A program made the position numbers and the translations under genes. Below are positions 11,200-18,549 of a stretch of DNA of 18,549 bases, piece after piece (positions within the stretch are counted from its first letter, which is position 1; each line of letters begins with the position of its first letter). The stretch comes from Ginkgo biloba (Eukaryota; Plantae; Ginkgophyta): contig JANKJI020000002.1 in assembly GCA_024626585.2 (NCBI GenBank), forward strand, positions 52,053,372 to 52,071,920, given 5' to 3'. Under the pieces are notes generated by a model. That model was not told the origin of the DNA. It worked only from the letters and a program-made list of their open reading frames with translations, and made no database searches.

Positions 11200-11760
11200 T
11201 TCAATGTAGGGGATTTATTCACGTTTGATTTTTTAAATGGAGAGGGAGAGTCTTTCTAGTTTTTTACTATTTTTGGTGAAGAATAGTGCAATTTAATAAA
11301 GATTACATCAATCATTTTGTGAAAGTGAGCAGAGAGTTTCCTATCTTGAGATTGTTGTAGTATTAGCAATTATAGAATAGGTCTTTGATAGTTGAAGTGA
11401 TAAAAAACAAATGTATCATAGGGATTCTTAAGAGCAAGGGCTTAGAACCTGATCTCATCCATAAATTGTTTGTAATTTCAATGTAATATGTGCTTATTTC
11501 TAGAATACAATCAACTTGGTTCTCTATGTCTCACTCTGTTGTTCTTGTTTATTTTTGTTGGTTCTAATTGAGAAGTACATGAACTTCTAAACATTAGTGT
11601 ATGATCAATTTGGTCGAAGTACTTATAGTAAGGTAAATAATTTTCTTTAAGTCTTTTGTGTGTTTGGATTTTATTAGCCAACCATCCTAATTAAGAATGA
11701 ATGCCTTCTTGGTTTAATAGAAGTTTGGTTGTGGTCCATAGTATTACCTGTATCTTAACA
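11200..11760 (+). repeat. Possible LTR remnant upstream of the gypsy coding relic
   Basis: T-rich U5-like composition, TGTAGG at ~11205 and ...CTTAACA at 11760. No intact PBS. Confidence 0.2.
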
Positions 11761-12340
11761 AAAAGAATCCTACAAACATGCTCTAGACAGTCAAGATATA
11801 CAAACCCTCACAAGCCTGGAGAATCTATTATGGCATTGATGGTTGAATGTTTGGTTGAGAATCTATTTGAACATTCAAAGTTGACGAAGTAAAAGCAAGG
11901 TTAGCTACACAATTAATTAAATTCTAGAGTGNNNNNNNNNNNNNNNNNNNNNNNNNNNNNNNNNNNNNNNNNNNNNNNNNNNNNNNNNNNNNNNNNNNNN
12001 NNNNNNNNNNNNNNNNNNNNNNNNNNNNNNNTAGACCCCATAAGACCATGTGCTAGCCCCCTCCAAATTAGGATGGCACATCAAACAACTTGCATACGCA
12101 ATATTCTAAGAGAATTTATTATATTTATACATTGACTAATTAAAAAAAAGACATTTAGAACGGTGTTAAAATGCATGCCATTCCTAATATTTAACAAGTC
12201 ATGCAAAAGTGCATCAATCTGAAATGAAAATATCTGCATAATGCTAGCATAAAATACTCTATACATACTCAATGAGATTCGTGCAAACAAAAAATGACCA
12301 TTCAGAGGTCACAACACACCCAAAATTAATAGATAAGAGA

Positions 12341-13016
12341 AGGCAAGAACATAGGGTTAAGGGAACATGTTATGGATATAATAATAAACATCCAAAGGGA
12401 TATTAATGTTAGGATAAACAAAATTATCTTTGTAAGTTGGAAAGCAAAGATCAAATAGAAGATAAAAATAAAATTAATGACGAAGATGACAAAGAATTGT
12501 TAATTGAAGAAAGTCAAGATAGCGAAGCCATTCCAACATTATCCTTAGTTGTGATAATCTACTTAATCCACCTAAAGACATTAAGAATTCAAAGTTCCAT
12601 TAACCCAGTCAAGGTGTATGTCCTTGTTGATAGTGTGCGTACCCATAATTTTATCAATAAACATTTAACTCCACAATTAATCAATTCATATACCTAACAT
12701 CACAATTTTACATGACATTAGCANNNNNNNNNNNNNNNNNNNNNNNNNNNNNNNNNNNNNNNNNNNNNNNNNNNNNNNGAAAGACTTCTGACTTCAAACT
12801 CCAATGTATGATATAGGGCGAGGTGGTGTAAAGATAGTCATTAGTGAACAATGGTTAGAGATGTTGGGAACATTCAAAATGAACTTGCAAAACAATTTCT
12901 CAAATTTTTTTGGAAGGGTATATCATACAAACTCATGGGCTTAGAACCACCTCCATCTCAACTAGTGAGAACGCACAGATTAGAGAAAATGTTTAACAAA
13001 ACTGACCCTAAAATAA
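12341..13016 (+). mobile_element. Ty3/gypsy (chromovirus-like) gag C-terminus plus aspartic protease, pseudogenised
   Basis: The frame from 12341 reads RQEHRVKGTCYGYNNKHPKGY*C (cf. RR.KGLCF.C.EK...GH.C), an acidic linker, PTLSL, and VLVDSVRTHNFI (cf. VLVDSGSTHNFI). After the gap it reads MYDIGRGGVKIVISEQWLEMLG (cf. GG.D.VLG.QWL..LG), then a frameshift to QFLKFFWKG..YKLMG. No RT or integrase follows. Confidence 0.85.
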
Positions 13017-13448
13017 NNNNNNNNNNNNNNNNNNNNAAAGCATCTAAATGATATAAATCAACCATATATAAAATGTGTATTTGAAATAACAATATAAGTC
13101 CCTACAGATGGTATGTAATGTCGTCATTAGCATTAACACAAGATAGAATGATTGTTGAACAAATGCTCAACTCTTTAATCGAGTAAAGAAAGAAATTGAT
13201 CTTTTCAAGAACACAAGTTATGAGGAACATCTTGGAAAAAATAATATTTTTTAAGCATAGCACTCATCTTATCAATGCTTTGGCACCAAAACATTTTAAG
13301 AAGGGAGGCCTTTTAATAGACCCAATTAACATATTATTAATTATGTAATGAATAGTCATAACCTTGAGGAATAGTCACAAAGGGGTAATACAAATATAAA
13401 GACAATATGTAACAATGAGATCATTCCTTATTCATCAAAATAGTCAAT

Positions 13449-13532
13449 AATTAGGTGCACCATGTTCATTCTCAAATATACGCTTTATCAAATTAGGTGC
13501 ACCATGTTCATTCTCAAATATATGCTTTATCA
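13449..13532 (+). repeat. 42-bp tandem duplication (2 copies, 1 mismatch)
   Basis: AATTAGGTGCACCATGTTCATTCTCAAATATA(C/T)GCTTTATCA at 13449 and 13491. Confidence 0.95.
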
Positions 13533-14672
13533 AAGCGGCTACACCCCATAAGCTCCGTCTCAAAAGACATCAAAAGCAACTACGAAGTCAATTAAGCAAT
13601 CAAATAAAACTAACATAAAAAATGTGTAAAATGGGAGTAGAAAGAGTAAAGCCAAACTACATAAATATATATAAAGTAAATGAAGAATTCCAATCAAGAG
13701 AAAGGAATTCTTACTTGGGCTATTTTCTCAAATTTTGTCCACCCATGGGAGTGATATTCCAAAGAGATTCTCTCCAAATGGGTTCTCCAATTTGTGAATG
13801 AGAAGAGTATACAATATATAGAGAAGCATTATGTCAATCTAGAAAGCTAAACAAGTGGAGTTATTGTAGTTGTCCTTAGAGACCTAGAAGGATCCTAAGT
13901 TATTCCAATTCTATGCAAACAAGTTTGGTGATCAAAACCCTCATACTTATAGTCACTCACATTATTGTTGGAATATTTACAAAATAGTGTCCTTGGTTGA
14001 AGCCTCAAGCCACACTAGTTACACTATTGATATGTCCTTCGAGAAACATGCCAAAAGGAACCCTAATGACATNNNNNNNNNNNNNNNNNNNNNNNNNNNN
14101 NNNNNNNNNNNNNNNNNNNNNNNNNNNNNNNNNNNNNNNNNNNNNNNNNNNNNNNNNNNNNNNNNNNNNNNNCATTTTATATTATATAGAAAATTCTGAT
14201 CTACTTGATGTTTTGCACTTTGACATCTTCCATTGTTAACTATCTAAACTTTTTGAACCATTGCTATATATATAATTATCTCTCATTACATTTTAACTTT
14301 TATTTACCATGTATCAAATTAGCATAATCATTAATAAATTGATATATTGACTTTTCTCAATTGAGAGCTTACCCAACAATTCATCCTTACTTTGTTTCAC
14401 TTTTCCCTTTTTCACAAAGTCCTCCTAGCAGAAAGCTCGCCCGTCCAATATCTCACCCAACTGCAAATCAACTCCACTATTATCCTCCAATAGCCTGCCA
14501 GTAAAATGACGCATGTCAGTCAGAAAGCATCTCCCGTAAGTTTGCCCCAGTCAAAATAGCTTTGATCATCTCGCATTGAACTAGCACAAATCCACCTTAG
14601 CCACCTATAGGACATGAAGACCATTGGAATTCATCAACCTACATTAAGATCTAGTAGCCTCATAGACGCTCA

Positions 14673-14682
14673 GGACATTACA
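14673..14682. other. LTR-terminus-like motif GGACATTACA (TGTAATGTCC on minus)
   Basis: Resembles a common gypsy LTR terminus. The partner end was not located. Confidence 0.2.
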
Positions 14683-14879
14683 CATTAAATTGAAGAATCA
14701 GGCAGAAAGTCTCTCCTAGAAGCTCTTAGAAGAAACAGAAAGATCTTAAATTCAAATCATATACCCTGCATTCATTCAGATTATCAGTCCTTAGGAGAAT
14801 GATTGGGCGATCGAAGGTAGATTTAAAATGGAACAATGTGTTTTAGACCAATGCTGTTGGAGATCTCCCCCCTGATTCA

Positions 14880-15140
14880 GAGTAATGACATTTTGGATAA
14901 ATTCATGTGGTTATCTTGGCACTGCACATTCGCTGTTTCAGGTTTTTTCAATTCAGACTAAAGTTGTTATGACAAATATTTTGTCGGAGTAATGATATTT
15001 TGGACAAATAATTTCTAGAAGTAACGATATTTTGGAGAAATATGTTCAATTATCTCGGTGATGCATATTCGTTGTTTTGGCTTTTTCCAATTCAGACATC
15101 CCCACCTATTCGGACTAAAGTTGTTCGGCAAATATTGTTG
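14880..15140 (+). repeat. Diverged local duplication (~105-120 bp x2, with a triplicated ~21-bp head)
   Basis: AGTAAYGAYATTTTGGA.AAA occurs at 14881, 14988 and 15020. TTATCT.GG...TGCA.ATTCG.TGTTT...CAATTCAGAC...GACTAAAGTTGTT is shared by the first and last copies. Confidence 0.8.
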
Positions 15141-15714
15141 AACACCCTCATGCTCCATTCTATCTCCATTTTTTCTCTGTATATTGTCTCCTAAATTACC
15201 ATCGCGGACCAATTCGACCTTGGACTGCAGTTTGTGTCAGTGGATATCGGTATACTATATGCACTTCACTCACCTGTTCAATCATAGCAAAATGGTTGAA
15301 CAAACAACTGACATAAAATGATCTGGAGCATTTTTCTTAACTTCACCAGTTGTTTCAGTAAGGCAACTTCTATGATAAGATAGAGCACAAACATTAATCA
15401 AACAAATTGGGACCCTGGCCAACAAAGACGGTTATACCTGGAGCATTGCTAGGTTTTATGCCAGAGGGAAAACTTTGCATCCTATGAATTAAATGATTCA
15501 TATTCCTCTAACTAACTATGTTCAAGAGATTCACTATCCATGCTTATGCTCTGGATGAAGCTCTACTTGATTCTAGCAGGTGGCTTCTGAAGGCATGCAA
15601 TTGCACACTTTGAACCTTCAAATAACACTTCATGAAAAGAGCAGTCAACAAAAGAAACTAAAGAAATTGCATTTGATAAATAAAAAAGAAAATTAAAGTC
15701 GAATAATGCTTTTG

Positions 15715-16038
15715 TTATTCTAATGTTGCATCTTCAGTCACATTCTCATTTTCAAATCCCTCATCAACCACCATCTCATTTTTGAAGAGAAGTTTTAAAT
15801 AAGGATTGATTTTTGGTACCAAAGGCAAGTCTGCCAGGTTCACGCTCATCATATCGAAGGCAATGCATGTTCTGTCTGTATAACTTTCATCAAACACAGG
15901 GATTTTTGGGTAACGCTGGCTAAAATGTGTCAAAATGATCCTGTATGCTCCAGCAGAAGCTCCCACCTCAATTGCTTCCTTTGTCAAACTATGATTTTTT
16001 GAAATGGCTTCTTCCGGCATGCTATCATCAAAAGTAGC
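15715..16038 (-). CDS. TRZ3: Long-form tRNase Z (ELAC2/TRZ3-TRZ4 type), last coding exon (107 aa + stop)
   Basis: The peptide ATFDD....A..KNHS....A.......A.RIILTHFSQRYPKIP...CIAFD contains the end of the HEAT motif, an HST-like motif and motif V (LTHFSQRY). The phase-0 acceptor is TGAATGCAG|GCT (AG at 16040-16039) with a branch-like TTAAT near 16065-16069. TAA is at 15717-15715. TRZ3 versus TRZ4 orthology cannot be resolved here. Confidence 0.93.
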   Translation of the reverse strand, partial: ATFDDSMPEEAISKNHSLTKEAIEVGASAGAYRIILTHFSQRYPKIPVFDESYTDRTCIAFDMMSVNLADLPLVPKINPYLKLLFKNEMVVDEGFENENVTEDATLE

Positions 16039-17055
16039 CTGCATTCATAAAGCAGAAATCCAACATTAAGTCCCACACTCCACAATGCAATCTATAATAT
16101 ATGGTGATAAAATTTATGTGCCACACCTAGAAAGATTCCCTCAGATTCTCTATTATCAAAGTTATAATGGAAACGATAGTTAATGCTGAGGAGACAAGAT
16201 CTAGATTATTCTAAACTTTCATAGATCACATTCTCGTTCTTCCGTCAACTATAAAATACCTGAATACCTACTTTAGGCATGCCTGGGGCTCTTGCTTACT
16301 TGTAGACATATATTTTATGGTTTCAAAAAAAGGTCAAAAAATACTGAATACTTTATCTGCTTGCATGCAAAGACCCTCCTCTCTTGTCATATCTGCAAAA
16401 CAGGAGACCTTATGGAACCTAGTAGATGATAGATTGATGATAAATTGAGCAATCAGACATCATAAAAGCGTGCATCTCTGAAATAGCAGAAACACAACCC
16501 ANNNNNNNNNNNNNNNNNNNNNNNNNNNNNNNNNNNNNNNNNNNNNNNNNNNNNNNNNNNNNNNNNNNNNNNNNNNNNNNNNNNNNNNNNNNNNNNNNNN
16601 NACACAACCCACAGAAACAGGGAAGAATAATCAATATATATGTCTTTGATCACAGCTTCCTGTTTGGTAACATCTGAATGATTGTCACTACTTTCTAATG
16701 CACAGACTCTGGAACACATTGCAACATGCCTACCCTTCAAAATGTATCAAAATTGAACCATGCTACAATAACTCCGCCAAAGGTGGTGTTACCATCCCAG
16801 TTAGTGTTTGCAAAATGGAGACATCCAGAAAACTCCAAGCAAATGCCCATGCACTGTTTTGGAAATGCCACACTTTTCAACATTTCTCCTGACACACTGG
16901 GCCTTCATAACGTTTCCTCTGCGAAAACGGGAAGCAAAACTCACATTTAAGCCTCTGACCTAGTCTAAACTACCACTGGCAAAGGCCCCATCGCTTCTTT
17001 CCCTGCTTTGTCTGACATTTCCCTAACTAGCTTGCTGTTTGTCTGACCAGTCATT

Positions 17056-17109
17056 TGGTGTAGCGATTTGTTACAAGTGATATCAGAGCCAAGACCCGAG
17101 TTCGAATCC
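17056..17109 (+). promoter_or_regulatory. tRNA-type Pol III internal promoter-like A box and B box
   Basis: A box TGGTGTAGCGA (17056-17066) and B box AGTTCGAATCC (17099-17109), separated by 32 nt as in standard tRNA genes. No acceptor stem, so not a tRNA gene. Confidence 0.5.
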
Positions 17110-17296
17110 CCTCGGGGCCTCCACTCTATGGGGGTGGAGAGCAATGTGCATGAACGTTGTGGAACCGGGGCCCATGGAGCACCCAAATGCTAGTGTACGC
17201 AGGGATAACTGTTCGATCCCCAGGTGGAGATAATGTTCACTTGTATTTGAGCTTTCATTAATAGGCCAATATTTTGGTGTAACAGTTTATTACAAG

Positions 17297-17308
17297 TGGT
17301 ATCAGAGC
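17297..17308 (+). promoter_or_regulatory. Primer-binding site complementary to the 3' end of initiator tRNA-Met
   Basis: Exact TGGTATCAGAGC, 2 nt after an LTR-like ...TTACA end. Confidence 0.85.
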
Positions 17309-18549
17309 ACTTTCTTGGGTAAACTTTCATAGTAGTTTTTTGAGCTAGTAGCCTACTACAAGTAACCATCATGTATGCTCTCACTTTTTCCTTACGAGAT
17401 CTTGGTGATTAGATAAGTGGTGAAAGTAGTGGGGTACTATGAGATTTATTATCGAGTCCAATTTTGATAGTAATCCTTCAGAAGCCGCAACATTTTGGTT
17501 CTTTCTAAAGTAGTGATTTTGTTTCTAAAGTTGTAACACTTTTGTTCTTCCTGAAGTAATAGCATATTTTTTCTTGTATTAGATCTGTAGTTGTGTTTAG
17601 GCTAGAAACCCTATTTTGAGGGTTTTAAAATATTCAAGAGTTATCACTTTTGGCTAAGCCCATCTGGTGTTGAGCCAATGATGTGAAGTGAGGTGACCCA
17701 GTCACCAATATCAGGCCATCAGATAACATCTATATGAAGTTGAGCTTCCACATACCTTGAGTATATCAGAAGACACCCTAGGTGTAGGAGAGACTTAGCC
17801 ATAAGAATCCTTCAGTCGTTCACAATATATAGTGCACTGGTAAGTGGTTATCCCTAGGAAGCTACTCTCTATGTACCCCAAAGATGGAATAGTATGGCTA
17901 TAGGTATGATAGAACCGTCCATAGTTAGAGCTCTAAAATATTGGGCCGCTCACTATTTATGAACGGGATAAGTATATTAGAGAGCCTATAGACTGAACAT
18001 ACCCTGACCTAGAAATTCCCTAATAGTATGTTTAGAATAGGTGAATTTTGTTTACCAAGAAACATAAGACCTTTTGGTGACCAGTATGATAGAGCAACAA
18101 AGATAAACCAGAAGCAGGGAAAATAAGTAATTTTTTGGGAGAGTTCAAACTGTTGAATATTTTTCTAGTAACCAACTTCTATTAATATAAGGATTAATGC
18201 ACTTAAGTAAATTTCACTACATTCTATGAGTACTCTATGGAAATTTTTTTTGCACCCTTTCTATATTCTACTCAGAAATCAACGAAGCCATTCTTGCAGA
18301 AGCAAGCCAAAACGATAGTTTTTCACAAAGAGGCCAATATTTTTAGTTTTTCTCACGTAGTATTGTTAAGGAAAGTCTGAAACAGTAATTAAAAAAATAA
18401 AATTCTATATCAGTGTTACATCTCATTTTCATCAGCATTCCAAGGAGACCAATACTGCATCACCCATTTACAAGGCCTCCGGCAACCACCGGTCTGAAAA
18501 TAAGCATTGTGATACTCACCTCGGGTCAAAATTGCTCAGCATAACTATA

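Larger units (their letters stand above)
17009..17308 (+). mobile_element. TRIM-like non-autonomous LTR element with tandem LTR-end/PBS units
   Basis: In order: ...TTACA (17075), AG, PBS TGATATCAGAGCC (17078-17090), a ~140-nt non-coding internal part, purine tract CAGGTGGAGATAA (17221-17233), TGTT...TTACA (17234-17294), AG, and PBS TGGTATCAGAGC (17297-17308). 17054-17089 and 17273-17308 match at 31/36. The left boundary is uncertain. Confidence 0.65.
16039..18549 (-). other. Intron of the tRNase Z gene (probably >2.5 kb, donor likely outside the window)
   Basis: Acceptor at 16039-16040. No exon ending in the expected ...LIHE was found in the readable sequence. Confidence 0.7.

Noticed and set aside
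16039-16044. Met start (MQ) of the 109-aa ORF
   Set aside because: ATGCAG is the intron acceptor. The peptide begins in the middle of the HEAT motif.
16487-16620. ACACAACCCA on both sides of a 100-N gap
   Set aside because: Either a collapsed short tandem repeat or a contig overlap; cannot be resolved and is probably technical.
17049-17123. Functional tRNA gene
   Set aside because: No acceptor-stem pairing and no anticodon stem. The central part is an LTR end plus PBS.
18410-18466. Possible minus-strand C/D-box snoRNA (GTGATGC...CTGA)
   Set aside because: Imperfect C box, short span, no terminal stem and no convincing rRNA complementarity.

Overview
AT-rich eukaryotic nuclear DNA from a fragmented draft assembly with many N gaps. 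It is almost certainly a land plant, and the retroelement style suggests a large-genome gymnosperm (inference). Two host genes are recognisable, both on the minus strand. One is an intronless 493-codon ORF matching only the C-terminal, multi-transmembrane half of plant DUF2921 proteins (5079-6560), apparently cut off at its 5' end by repeat DNA. The other is the terminal coding exon of a long-form tRNase Z (15715-16038), whose upstream intron probably runs past the right edge. The rest is mostly decayed retroelements: a Ty3/gypsy gag-protease relic, LINE ORF1 and endonuclease relics, LTR-like segments and several tandem repeats. The most unusual item is a small TRIM-like unit in the tRNase Z intron (about 17009-17308). 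There, the LTR end, the tRNA-iMet primer-binding site and the start of the internal domain together form a tRNA-like A-box/B-box (Pol III promoter) with tRNA-typical spacing. All family calls are from motif recall; no searches were run.
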